A stretch of 64,000 nucleotides of DNA from Opitutaceae bacterium (GTDB lineage Bacteria > Verrucomicrobiota > Verrucomicrobiia > Opitutales > Opitutaceae): positions 13,154 to 77,153 of the forward strand of contig JBMTAG010000001.1 in the NCBI GenBank assembly GCA_049428505.1, read 5' to 3'. The notes beneath the pieces are model-generated. The model was given only the letters and a program-made list of their open reading frames with translations. It was not told the origin of the DNA and ran no database searches. Position 1 is the first letter of the stretch, and every line of letters starts with the position of its first letter. Of this stretch, positions 8,839 to 19,489 are shown in pieces. Position numbers and translations under genes: made by a program.

Positions 8839-11800
8839 AAGTCGGGCTGGGCCAGCCACCGGAAGGAGCGGATCCGGAACCGGCGGCCGTTGGCGAGGTT
8901 CAGCGGGCTCGTCAGCTCCTCCGGAAGCACCTCCGCGGCATCCCCGGTCAGGTCCCCGTTGCCCGTCGGGGGATCAAAATATTCCGGCACCCGCTGCACG
9001 ATCGCCTCGCACCAGGCGCGCCCCTCCGTCGCATTCGTGGCGGGGTTCACCGCCTCGCCGTAGGCGCGGATCGTGAAGGTGTCCGAGCGGGCGAAGAGCA
9101 CGGGCGCCAGCGCCGTCATCACGTCGCCCTGCGTGAGCCATTGGGAATTCAGCTGCACCTTGGCCTCGGGATCAAACTCCGCCACGGCGGCGTTGATCCC
9201 GCTCTCGGCGATCGCGGCCTCAAGCAGGCTGCGCGGGATCTCCCCGCCCTCCGCGTCGACCGTCGCGTAACGCGGGTGCGGCGCGAGGAAGTCCCCGACC
9301 GACAGGAAGGGCCCCTCCTCACCGTGCCGGGCCGTGATCAACTCCACGATCTTCGCCGCCAGCGCCCCGGTCTCGGTGGCAGTGAGGGTGCGCATCCCCC
9401 GGCGGAACAACTCGGTGCGAGCGACGGAACCTTCCGGATCCGCCCGCCCCGCGTCCGCCTGGTAAGTCTCCTGCGCCGTCTGCGAGAAACGCAGGAACTG
9501 CGCGTTGGTCGACTGGACGGTGGCGACGGCAGTGTCGCCGGAGGGTACACCGGTCGAGGAGGACAGACTGAGGTACCGGAAGGTCTGCGGACTGGGAAAC
9601 CGCACCCCGCGCAGCACCGCCACCCACGCGGCGACATTCGTGGAGTTCAGGTTGAAGGCTCCGGCCTGCAGGAAGAACCGGGATGAGCGTGCGTCCGCGG
9701 CGCTGACGGCGCCCGCCGGATCGAGGCCCTCCACCGTGGCCCGCAGATCGTCGACCGTCGGCTTGCGGTAGCCCACGCCGGGCTCGTACCAGCGGACGGT
9801 CCGCAGCAGCGGATTGGGCACGATCAGGTCCGCGTTCGAGGCGACGCCAGGGATCACACCCTCCCGCACTCCGGAAAAGAAGAACCGATCGAAGACGTCG
9901 CCCACCGGCAATCCATTGAGCTCCTGCCCAAAGCCCCACGAGTTCCCGATCATGAACGGCCGCTGGCCCGGCAGCCGGAAGTGCTGGGCCGCACCCAACG
10001 AGAGCAACGGGGCGCGCGGGAGCTCAAAGACGGGCACATCCTCGTTGTAGGACCGGGAGGTCGTTCCTTCCCCGCGGTCGAGCAGCCGGTCCGGAGCCCT
10101 GATGGTGCGGTAATTCACGTAGAGCGAGGGATCGTTGCCGTTCTCACCAGTCACGAAAGCCTCGCCCGGCAAGCGGCGGCGGCGGGGATCCAATCCCGGC
10201 GTGCTGAGCCAGCGACCGGGCGCCGCAGGCGTATCGATACTCTCGGCCAGCCGGAAGACGTAGGAAAACTGGGTGGAGGTCTCCTGCGCCGCCTGCGGGG
10301 AGGAGGCGAACGAGGTGACGAACTCCGGGGAGATGTAGGTCGCCAGCTTGATCGGCGCCGCCGGCGGCTCATCCGGGCCGGTGCGCGGGACCACGTAGAC
10401 GGTGACGGTGACACGTTCCGCCCCCTCCACCTCGAGCACGTGGTTATCGCTGCCCAGCTGCTCCCCGAGGGGAAGTGGACGCACCGTGGCGGCCGCTCCG
10501 GTCACATCAAGCGTCTGCGAGTAGAACTGGCTGGCGAAGCCGGTCTCCGGCGGCCGCTCGGGTTGGCTGTTGTCCGTGACGGAGCTCCACGTATACACCC
10601 GCCCCGGCAGCCACGACTGGCGATCCGGGCTGGAGCCATCAGGGGTCCACGGAAGGTTGATGATCAGGGGACGCTCCGCGAGCTCGGGATCAATCGGCGG
10701 CGAGCCGAACACGGATTCATCCTGCACCGCGAAGGAGCCCACGGGCACGGGGCTCTCCCCCTGCACATTGACCACCCGGATGGTGCGCGGCAGGCCCGTG
10801 ATCTCGAGCCGCAGATTCTCCGGCACCAGCGCGGACGTGTAGGGGTTCCAGAGGGAGACGAGCCAACGGGCAGCGAGTTCGAAGGGGCGGGCGGCCGCGG
10901 TTTCACCGGCGGTGCGGACGTTGAAGGAGAGCAGGAAGTACGAGAGTACCGGCGTGATCTGGTGCGCCCCACCCTCCCCCAGCAGCGGCGGCGTGATCCG
11001 CAGCCGGCGACGCACTGGGTCCGAGCCGTAGGCCGGCAAGATCGCCGGCGGGGCAATCGCCGCGAGCGCGGGGTCCACGGTCTCCGGATCCTCCGTCACG
11101 GTGCCTTCCGTGTACGCGGGGTAATTGGTCCACGCCGCGAACGCCGAACCGAGCAGGCCGGGGGCAAGGGAAAGATCCTGCCGGAGCCCGCCGCGCCGTG
11201 AATCGGCAAGGACCGCGAGGTTATTGGGCGACCAGACGTGGTAGTTCGCCCGCTGCAGAGGATGCCCGAGTTGGCCGTTGCCGGAGTTCCGCAGGAAGCC
11301 GAGCTGGCTGGCGGTCAGCACCCGGTCACCCGCCACCAGCGGCGCGTTGTTCGCATCGCGCGGCTCGAAGACCGGGCTGCCATTCGTGCCCGCGGCCCCG
11401 GCTCCGACCGCCAGCTGCTGCCGCACGCGGCCGCGCAGGTCCGCGGAGTCGTAGGGCGCGGCGGTGAGCGTGCCCGAGGTATCCGGAACCGCGACCGGGG
11501 CCTTGACGCCTTCATCCCCGACCCACCACGCATAGCGGCCGAACGTGGCCTCGGCGTTCGGCACCCCGGGAAGCCCGCGCGCGCGCAGATCCTGGAGCGG
11601 AACGCTGACAAACTGGGCCCGATTCGTCGTGTTGGTGGTTCCGCGGGCAACGAGATCAATCGCCCGGGCCGCCGGCGGAGCGCTGGCCGGAGTGACGGCG
11701 AGCGCGGCCGGCTCGTCGGCTCCGGTGGGCGGGGGAGCGAACTCATTGCCACTGACCAACCAGGTGAGCGGTCCCGCGCCATCCGGCCCCCAGACGCCGG

Positions 11801-12077
11801 TGTAGAACCGGGTGCCATTGACACCACCAAACGAGGCCGCGGTGGCGGTCGCGCGCTGATCCGGGCCGGCGTGGCGCTGGAGCTGGGCGAGCGCCACCTG
11901 CAGGCCGGTGAGGGCGTGCTCGCGGGCCTGCGCCTGGCGCTGGGTATTGCCCGCCACGGAGGTCTCGATGCGCGTGTAGGCGGCCAGGCCGACCAGCAGC
12001 ACCACGATGAACGCCAGCAACGTGACGACGATCAGCAGCGCGAATCCCCGCCGCGCGGGTGACCGGCGGTGGTTCAC
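8835..12077 (-). CDS. giant GspK-like pseudopilin-family protein (1080 aa)
   Basis: A GTG start overlaps the upstream stop (GTGA). The N-terminus RRG/FALLIVVTLLAFIVVLLVGLAAY resembles a prepilin-like TM helix but lacks Glu+5, as in GspK-type minor pseudopilins. WWVGDEGVKAPV (11499-11528) is reminiscent of the GspK D-E-x-g-K motif. Confidence 0.6.
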   Translation of the reverse strand: MNHRRSPARRGFALLIVVTLLAFIVVLLVGLAAYTRIETSVAGNTQRQAQAREHALTGLQVALAQLQRHAGPDQRATATAASFGGVNGTRFYTGVWGPDGAGPLTWLVSGNEFAPPPTGADEPAALAVTPASAPPAARAIDLVARGTTNTTNRAQFVSVPLQDLRARGLPGVPNAEATFGRYAWWVGDEGVKAPVAVPDTSGTLTAAPYDSADLRGRVRQQLAVGAGAAGTNGSPVFEPRDANNAPLVAGDRVLTASQLGFLRNSGNGQLGHPLQRANYHVWSPNNLAVLADSRRGGLRQDLSLAPGLLGSAFAAWTNYPAYTEGTVTEDPETVDPALAAIAPPAILPAYGSDPVRRRLRITPPLLGEGGAHQITPVLSYFLLSFNVRTAGETAAARPFELAARWLVSLWNPYTSALVPENLRLEITGLPRTIRVVNVQGESPVPVGSFAVQDESVFGSPPIDPELAERPLIINLPWTPDGSSPDRQSWLPGRVYTWSSVTDNSQPERPPETGFASQFYSQTLDVTGAAATVRPLPLGEQLGSDNHVLEVEGAERVTVTVYVVPRTGPDEPPAAPIKLATYISPEFVTSFASSPQAAQETSTQFSYVFRLAESIDTPAAPGRWLSTPGLDPRRRRLPGEAFVTGENGNDPSLYVNYRTIRAPDRLLDRGEGTTSRSYNEDVPVFELPRAPLLSLGAAQHFRLPGQRPFMIGNSWGFGQELNGLPVGDVFDRFFFSGVREGVIPGVASNADLIVPNPLLRTVRWYEPGVGYRKPTVDDLRATVEGLDPAGAVSAADARSSRFFLQAGAFNLNSTNVAAWVAVLRGVRFPSPQTFRYLSLSSSTGVPSGDTAVATVQSTNAQFLRFSQTAQETYQADAGRADPEGSVARTELFRRGMRTLTATETGALAAKIVELITARHGEEGPFLSVGDFLAPHPRYATVDAEGGEIPRSLLEAAIAESGINAAVAEFDPEAKVQLNSQWLTQGDVMTALAPVLFARSDTFTIRAYGEAVNPATNATEGRAWCEAIVQRVPEYFDPPTGNGDLTGDAAEVLPEELTSPLNLANGRRFRIRSFRWLAQPDL

Positions 12078-13168
12078 AGCGCCCCTCCCCGCAGGACGAT
12101 CCGCCGCGTGTACACCCGGGAGTTCTCATTGGCGACGCCCCACCACCAGAGCTGCGCGTTGCCATTGTAACGCTGCGGCACCGCGAGCGCGGGCGTCTGC
12201 ACCCGCTCGAGATTGGCGATCCGCTCCGCACCGGTATCGGTGAGGATGCGCACCATCACGTCGATCACCTCCGGGAAGATCCGGTTGTAGGTGGACGCCG
12301 TGGCCGCGGTGCCCGGCGGGAGGCGGGACTGGAGGGCGGCGGGCGCGTTGGACAAGCCGCCCGCGGCGGTGGCGGGGAAGAGGAGCCGGAGGCCGCCCGG
12401 GGCGGCGGGGTCGCGGACGTAGGCGCGGATCCCGAAATCAATCACGTTGTCGCCGATCACCGCGTCAAGGTTCCGGGCCGTCCCGGGCGCCAGGACGGTG
12501 CGCGGATCGCCGGTGACGTTGCTGTTGTTGGTTCCACCGCTGGTGTAGGCGGACCCGGTGAGGTTGTACCCGGATTCAAAGACGCCGGGTCGGCTGCTGG
12601 CGAGCGCGGGGCGGGTTTCGGAACGATGCAGCAGGTACGCCGTCTCAAGGTTGGCCGGATTCGTGGCCGTGTAGCGCCGGATGATCTGATAGCCCACCGC
12701 CACCGGAGCGGACGGCACGGAAATGTCCAGCGCCGCATTGGTCGCCGGTTTGCCCTGCGTGAAGAAGCGGAGCCAAACCCCCGCGGTGCCGAAGCGGGCG
12801 TCGACGATCGAGGGCGTGTTCAGCTGCAGCGAGATCCCGCCCACGGGCTTCGGGTTCCGGGGCGCAATCTGCCACAGGCCGGTGGCGCCGCCGCTGGCCC
12901 CATTGAGCACCTCCGCCGCCAGCCAGACGTTGCCGTCGTCACGGTAGAGGGCCCCCTGCAAATCCCGCTCCACTTGATCGAGGATCAGCCGCGCCTGCGC
13001 ATCGGCGCCCAGCCGCGAACTGGAGCGGGCGGCGGTCGACGAGATGTTCATCACGATCACGGCGATGAAGCCGGCCATGAAGGTCGTGATCCCGGCCGCG
13101 ACGAGGAGTTCCACGAGCGTGAAACCGGCGCGCGGGCGCGGCCCGGGGCTAATCGCTCGGGCGCTCAT
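12074..13168 (-). CDS. prepilin-type N-terminal cleavage/methylation domain protein (364 aa)
   Basis: Internal ATG of ORF 12074..13963. Class III signal: MSARAISPGPRPRAG/FTLVELLVAAGITTFMAG. The ATG overlaps the upstream stop (ATGA). Confidence 0.8.
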   Translation of the reverse strand: MSARAISPGPRPRAGFTLVELLVAAGITTFMAGFIAVIVMNISSTAARSSSRLGADAQARLILDQVERDLQGALYRDDGNVWLAAEVLNGASGGATGLWQIAPRNPKPVGGISLQLNTPSIVDARFGTAGVWLRFFTQGKPATNAALDISVPSAPVAVGYQIIRRYTATNPANLETAYLLHRSETRPALASSRPGVFESGYNLTGSAYTSGGTNNSNVTGDPRTVLAPGTARNLDAVIGDNVIDFGIRAYVRDPAAPGGLRLLFPATAAGGLSNAPAALQSRLPPGTAATASTYNRIFPEVIDVMVRILTDTGAERIANLERVQTPALAVPQRYNGNAQLWWWGVANENSRVYTRRIVLRGGAL

Positions 13169-13791
13169 CGCTCCAGCACTCCCGTGAAGTACACCACCTG
13201 CTTGCGACCGTGGTCGAAGGCAATCGGACCGCCGGCGTTTTGGGCCGACTGGACCGCGGCACCGGGGGCCACCTGGATGAAGGCCGGCCAGCGCACGCGG
13301 AGGGTGTAGACGACCGCCGGCGCGGTGGCATCGAGTTCCGCCGGAGAAACCGCGGGTTGCCGGATCAGGTCGATCTCGAAGAACTTGTCCTGGTTCGGCA
13401 TCGCCCGGTTGCGCGCATCGTACCACTGCCGACGATTGGAGGCGCCGTCGTAGATGCCCACTTCCCCGTCCCGCTTCCCGAAGAGCACCTCGGGGTAGCG
13501 CGTGCCGTCGTTCGGGTTGTACGCGCCATTCGCGTCCTTCGCCTGCACCGCCGCGGGGGACTGGATGAGGGCCAGCGCGGTCTCGAAGGGAATCGCGCGG
13601 AGGCGGGCGCGGACCGCGTCGGCGACGCGCGCGGCGGCCTCTGCATCGGCAACGCCGCCCACCGCCCGGGTCACGGGCGCGTAGAGCCCGGCCACGGCGA
13701 GCATCCCGATGCCGAAGATCACCACCGCCGCGATAACCTCCACGAGCGAGAAGCCCGCAGGCGTCCGGGAAAGGCGAAACGGGGGCCGCAT
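13165..13791 (-). CDS. prepilin-type N-terminal cleavage/methylation domain protein (208 aa)
   Basis: Internal ATG of ORF 13165..14532, giving MRPPFRLSRTPAG/FSLVEVIAAVVIFGIGMLAV. Confidence 0.8.
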   Translation of the reverse strand: MRPPFRLSRTPAGFSLVEVIAAVVIFGIGMLAVAGLYAPVTRAVGGVADAEAAARVADAVRARLRAIPFETALALIQSPAAVQAKDANGAYNPNDGTRYPEVLFGKRDGEVGIYDGASNRRQWYDARNRAMPNQDKFFEIDLIRQPAVSPAELDATAPAVVYTLRVRWPAFIQVAPGAAVQSAQNAGGPIAFDHGRKQVVYFTGVLER

Positions 13792-13793
13792 CG

Positions 13794-14552
13794 TCAGAAG
13801 CCCGTGGCGGAATCGACCATCGCGACCGCGCCGTTGCGCCGGACGAAGAGCCCGCGGACGGTGGTCGCGCTGTCGAAGGCCGGCAGGGCGTTGCCGCCCA
13901 GCACCGCGGTGGTGAGCGCGATCTTGGTGGGATTGCCGGTCGTGTTGGAGACCACGGTGCCATCCGGCCCGAACTCCAGATAATGGATGCGGCCGCTCTG
14001 ACCCTGGCGGTCGAAGAACTGATTCGTGCCGGCCGCGGTCTGCCCGCGGTAGCTGAAGCCCGTGGCCGTGAGCAGCGTGGAAACAGGCCCGGTGGCCACG
14101 TTGTTGTTCCAGCTCACCCCGGAGCGGAGGTGGTTGGTGGGCACGGGCGACGGGGGCACGACGCAGATCGGGGTCGGCAGCGACACCGCGGGGCCGGCGG
14201 CGACCCAGATGACCGACCCGTTGGGGAGGGTCTCGCGCCGGATCACCTGCAGACGGCGCAGGTACATCTGCGCGTCGAGGGCGTTGGCCGCCGGGGGCTG
14301 CTGCGCATGGATGATGAGCCGGGCAGGCGACTGGTGCAGGGCGGCCTGTGCCCGGGTGCTGGCAACCATTCCGGCGAGGATCGACTGGGCGCCCGAGAGC
14401 GCGGCTCCCGACCCGCCCCGCCCTGCCAGCGCCATCGCCCCCACCCCCGCCAGCAGCACCATCACGCCAATCACCACCAGCAATTCGACCAGCGTGTAGC
14501 CCCGGCGGAACACCGCCGGCCGCGGGGGGCAACTGGACCGGAGGGAGCGCAT
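13794..14552 (-). CDS. prepilin-type N-terminal cleavage/methylation domain protein (252 aa)
   Basis: MRSLRSSCPPRPAVFRRG/YTLVELLVVIGVMVLLAG. The start codon abuts the stop of the upstream gene. Confidence 0.8.
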   Translation of the reverse strand: MRSLRSSCPPRPAVFRRGYTLVELLVVIGVMVLLAGVGAMALAGRGGSGAALSGAQSILAGMVASTRAQAALHQSPARLIIHAQQPPAANALDAQMYLRRLQVIRRETLPNGSVIWVAAGPAVSLPTPICVVPPSPVPTNHLRSGVSWNNNVATGPVSTLLTATGFSYRGQTAAGTNQFFDRQGQSGRIHYLEFGPDGTVVSNTTGNPTKIALTTAVLGGNALPAFDSATTVRGLFVRRNGAVAMVDSATGF

Positions 14553-15299
14553 TTACTTCCAGCTGAAAATGAAGTCGGAGGCCGTGCGCGCTCCGGTCGG
14601 CAGGGAGTAGAAGGCGACGCCGACCCGCAGCCCCCCCTGCGCGACGGTGGGCAGATCGGGCGTCGTCCCGGTCGTCACCGGGCTGAGCCGCAGTCCCGTG
14701 TTGTCCGGCGGCACCACGGCGGGGACCGTGGTGATGCCATCGCCTCCGGCCCCGCCGACCTTGATCGCCCCGTCGAGGTTGCGGTCGACGAGCACCGCGA
14801 TGTCGGTGCCATCGAAGGCGTCCCGGATCAGGCCCCGCTTGGCCGACAGCGAGGCATCCGCGGTCGCGACCGGGACCATATCCGACTCGGTAAAGGTCAC
14901 GAACTGGATGCGCCGCGTGTTCTGGGCCTGCGGGGGCGGCGGGTTACCGGTCATCGTCGTCGGCAAGGCGACGCCATCGCGCCGGGCCCCGACCAGCGTC
15001 TCGTAGAATCGGTGCACCGCCGCGAGGTTGGCGCCTCCCGCCGTGTTGCCGTTGACCTTGTTCGCGCCGGCGCCCGTCGTCTCAAAGGTCGGGTAGTAAC
15101 CGTATTCCTGCCGGAAGGCTTCGATCGCACCCGCCCACTGGGCGAACTGGCCCCGGGTCTTGGCCTTCTTGGCGGCGGTCCGGGCCGAGGACGTGGTGGG
15201 CACGAGAATGGCCGCGAGGATGCCGAGGATCGCGACGACGGTCAGCAACTCGATCAGGGTGAAACCGGGACGGCGGGGAGGGGCGGGCAGGCGACGCAT
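14553..15299 (-). CDS. prepilin-type N-terminal cleavage/methylation domain protein (248 aa)
   Basis: MRRLPAPPRRPG/FTLIELLTVVAILGILAAILVP. Confidence 0.8.
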   Translation of the reverse strand: MRRLPAPPRRPGFTLIELLTVVAILGILAAILVPTTSSARTAAKKAKTRGQFAQWAGAIEAFRQEYGYYPTFETTGAGANKVNGNTAGGANLAAVHRFYETLVGARRDGVALPTTMTGNPPPPQAQNTRRIQFVTFTESDMVPVATADASLSAKRGLIRDAFDGTDIAVLVDRNLDGAIKVGGAGGDGITTVPAVVPPDNTGLRLSPVTTGTTPDLPTVAQGGLRVGVAFYSLPTGARTASDFIFSWK

Positions 15300-15312
15300 C
15301 GTGCTCGGGACT

Positions 15313-16017
15313 TCAGGGGTTGGCGTAGAGGTTGTCGACCATCTCCGCGGTCTGGGTCGCGAGGAAGAGGCCGGAGGTCACGGTGATGGGGGGGGTCTGC
15401 GTGCCGTTGGGCGCCACCTTGGGGCCCGGCGAAAACAGCACGTAGGAGGAGGCCTGCCAGCCAGCGGCACTGCGAGCGTTGCGGTAATAGTAGGAGTAGC
15501 GTCGCTCCCAAGGATCCAGCAGGCAGGCGTTCTGCTCCGGCTTGGAAGGCGGATTCGGGGCGTTGCTGACCGGCTGCAGGAACTGGTTGCTCAGGGTGCC
15601 GTTCACGGAAAAGCGACCCACCTCGATCAGGTTGGGACCATTGAGCCGGGTGGAGAGGTCACGGGCGCCAAAGGTTCCGGTCAGGCAATTGAACAGCTTG
15701 GCCTGCGCGGTCTGCACCCCCGGGCCGGTATTGCGGGCGGTCGGGGTGGCCGAGGCCTGGGTGAACTCGCCGGTCTGCGGGTAATCCCCGTAGAGGCGCC
15801 GGAAGTCCTCGAGGGCCGTCGCGAGCGCGGCCAGTTCCGCCCGGGCCCGCGCCGTCTGCGCCCGCTCCTTCACGCCGCGGATGGCCCCCACGGACAGCGT
15901 GAACAGGATGGCGACCACCGCGGTGACCGCCAACAGCTCGAGCAGGGTGAACCCGGCGCGCGCGCAACCGTCTTCCCCTCCGGAAGGGAGCGACATGGGC
16001 GGGTGAGCGCGCGGCAT
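15313..16017 (-). CDS. GspG-like major pseudopilin-type protein (234 aa)
   Basis: ARAG/FTLLELLAVTAVVAILFTLSVGAIRGVKERAQTARARAELAALATALEDFRRLYGDYP, plus LLDPWERRYSYYY, which resembles the GspG DPWG-x-x-Y-x-Y motif. An alternative ATG lies at 15996. Confidence 0.75.
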   Translation of the reverse strand: MPRAHPPMSLPSGGEDGCARAGFTLLELLAVTAVVAILFTLSVGAIRGVKERAQTARARAELAALATALEDFRRLYGDYPQTGEFTQASATPTARNTGPGVQTAQAKLFNCLTGTFGARDLSTRLNGPNLIEVGRFSVNGTLSNQFLQPVSNAPNPPSKPEQNACLLDPWERRYSYYYRNARSAAGWQASSYVLFSPGPKVAPNGTQTPPITVTSGLFLATQTAEMVDNLYANP

Positions 16018-16026
16018 GGAGGGAAG

Positions 16027-16052
16027 GACGCGGCGCGCGGGTTGACGTTACA
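16027..16052 (-). promoter_or_regulatory. ECF-type promoter-like motif upstream of the pseudopilin operon
   Basis: Minus strand reads TGTAAC-N16-CGTC followed by CTTCCC, 9 nt before ATG 16017 and 30 nt before ATG 15996. Motif match only. Confidence 0.2.
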
Positions 16053-16059
16053 GCGGGAC

Positions 16060-16092
16060 GGGACCGGGGCTGCCCGAAGCAGCTCCGGTCCC
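16060..16092 (-). terminator. strong GC hairpin downstream of acs (putative terminator)
   Basis: GGGACCGG-G-GCTGC-ccgaa-GCAGC-T-CCGGTCCC lies 35 nt after the acs stop and before the pilin-operon promoter region. There is no clear U-tract. Confidence 0.35.
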
Positions 16093-16126
16093 GCGCCTGC
16101 CGTGACCGCCGCGGCGCCGCCCGGGC

Positions 16127-18085
<1,959 letters not shown>

Positions 18086-18096
18086 GTGCGTGTCGG

Positions 18097-18133
18097 ATTG
18101 TAGGGTTTAAGGGACGCCGAAGGCGTTTTTTAT
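18097..18133. promoter_or_regulatory. AT-rich island in the divergent acs/rho intergenic region, with promoter-like hexamers and a small hairpin plus T-run
   Basis: Minus strand: TACAAT (18102..18097), 12 nt before the acs GTG. Plus strand: TTTAAG (18106-18111)-N16-TTTTAT (18128-18133). Hairpin ACGCC-gaa-GGCGT (18114-18126) is followed by TTTTT. Confidence 0.25.
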
Positions 18134-18187
18134 CCCGACCGAAGTTTCGAGCGTCAAGCCCGGGCCCTGAACCGCCACTTCCCCGAC

Positions 18188-19393
18188 ATGGATCAAACGC
18201 CTCCGTCCGCCTCCCCAGGCCTCCCGCCCGCGGCTCCTGCCGCCTCCGCTGCGCCCGCCCCCGGCGCCCCGCCGGAAAACACGATCCGCGTGGAAGGCGT
18301 GCTCGACATCGATCTGCAACGTGGTGGCAACGGCCAGCTGATCGATCTGTCGCGCGGCTGCAAACGTCGGCCCACCGACACCTTCGTGCCCAAGGAGTTG
18401 ATCCGCCGCTTCAAGCTCCGCGCCGGTTCGATGGTCGGAGGTACCGCCTTTCCGCCCGATGGCCGCTTCCCTAACCCCAAGATGCGCTTCATCGAGACGG
18501 TCGACGGCGTTCCGTTGGAGGACCGCCGCGCCCGCTTCGAGTTCACGACGCTGACGACCATCTCGCCGAACCAGCACCTGCGGATGGAGATGAAGGACGG
18601 GCGCCTCACGACTCGCGCCGTCGACCTCTTCTGCCCCATCGGCAAGGGCACCCGCGGCCTGATCGTCGCTCCGCCCCGGACCGGGAAGACCACGCTGCTG
18701 CGCGACATGGCGCTGGGCGTGCTGGAGAACAACCCGGAGTGCCACGTCATGATCCTGCTCGTGGACGAACGCCCCGAGGAGGTCACCGACTTCCGCCGCA
18801 GCGTGCCGGCCGCCGAAATCTGGGCGTCCTCCAACGACGAACAGATCGAGAACCACATCCGCATCGGCGAGCTCTGCATCGAGCGGGCCAAGCGCCTGGT
18901 CGAGGCCGGCCGGGACGTCGTGCTCTTCGTCGATTCGATCACCCGTCTCTCCCGCGCGCACAACACGGCGCGCAATTCCGGCCGCACCGGTTCCGGCGGC
19001 CTCGACGTCCGGGCCCTCGAGAAGCCCCGCCAGCTCTTCGCGACCGCGCGCCGCACCGAGGAGGCGGGCTCCCTCACCATCATCGCCAGCGTGCTGGTCG
19101 AGACCGGGAGCCGGATGGACGACGTGATCTTCCAGGAGTTCAAGGGCACCGGCAACATGGAGCTGGTGCTCGACCGCAAGTGCGCCGAGATGCGTCTCTG
19201 GCCAGCGATCAACATCGGCGCCAGCGGCACCCGCAAGGAAGAGCTGCTGATCGAAGCCAAGACCCTCGAGGGCATCCATTTCTTCCGCCGCGCGCTCGTC
19301 GCGCAGAAGATCGAGGAGGCCACCGAGACGATGATCGCCCGGCTCTCCAAGACGAAGACCAACGCCGAGTTCCTCAAGCTCATCGCCCGCTGA
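18188..19393 (+). CDS. rho: transcription termination factor Rho
   Basis: Walker A GLIVAPPRTGKTTLL, LLVDERPEEVTDF, SITRLSRAHN, FKGTGNMELVLDR, and C-terminal KTNAEFL. The N-terminus is Pro/Ala-rich. Confidence 0.95.
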   Translation: MDQTPPSASPGLPPAAPAASAAPAPGAPPENTIRVEGVLDIDLQRGGNGQLIDLSRGCKRRPTDTFVPKELIRRFKLRAGSMVGGTAFPPDGRFPNPKMRFIETVDGVPLEDRRARFEFTTLTTISPNQHLRMEMKDGRLTTRAVDLFCPIGKGTRGLIVAPPRTGKTTLLRDMALGVLENNPECHVMILLVDERPEEVTDFRRSVPAAEIWASSNDEQIENHIRIGELCIERAKRLVEAGRDVVLFVDSITRLSRAHNTARNSGRTGSGGLDVRALEKPRQLFATARRTEEAGSLTIIASVLVETGSRMDDVIFQEFKGTGNMELVLDRKCAEMRLWPAINIGASGTRKEELLIEAKTLEGIHFFRRALVAQKIEEATETMIARLSKTKTNAEFLKLIAR

Positions 19394-19489
19394 GCGCGGT
19401 CCGAATTACCGCTTGCTCCGCCCCACTTGTTGAAATTTACCCTACCTGTTTCCTCCGCCGCCTGATTCCCGCGACCCGACCCACCACGC

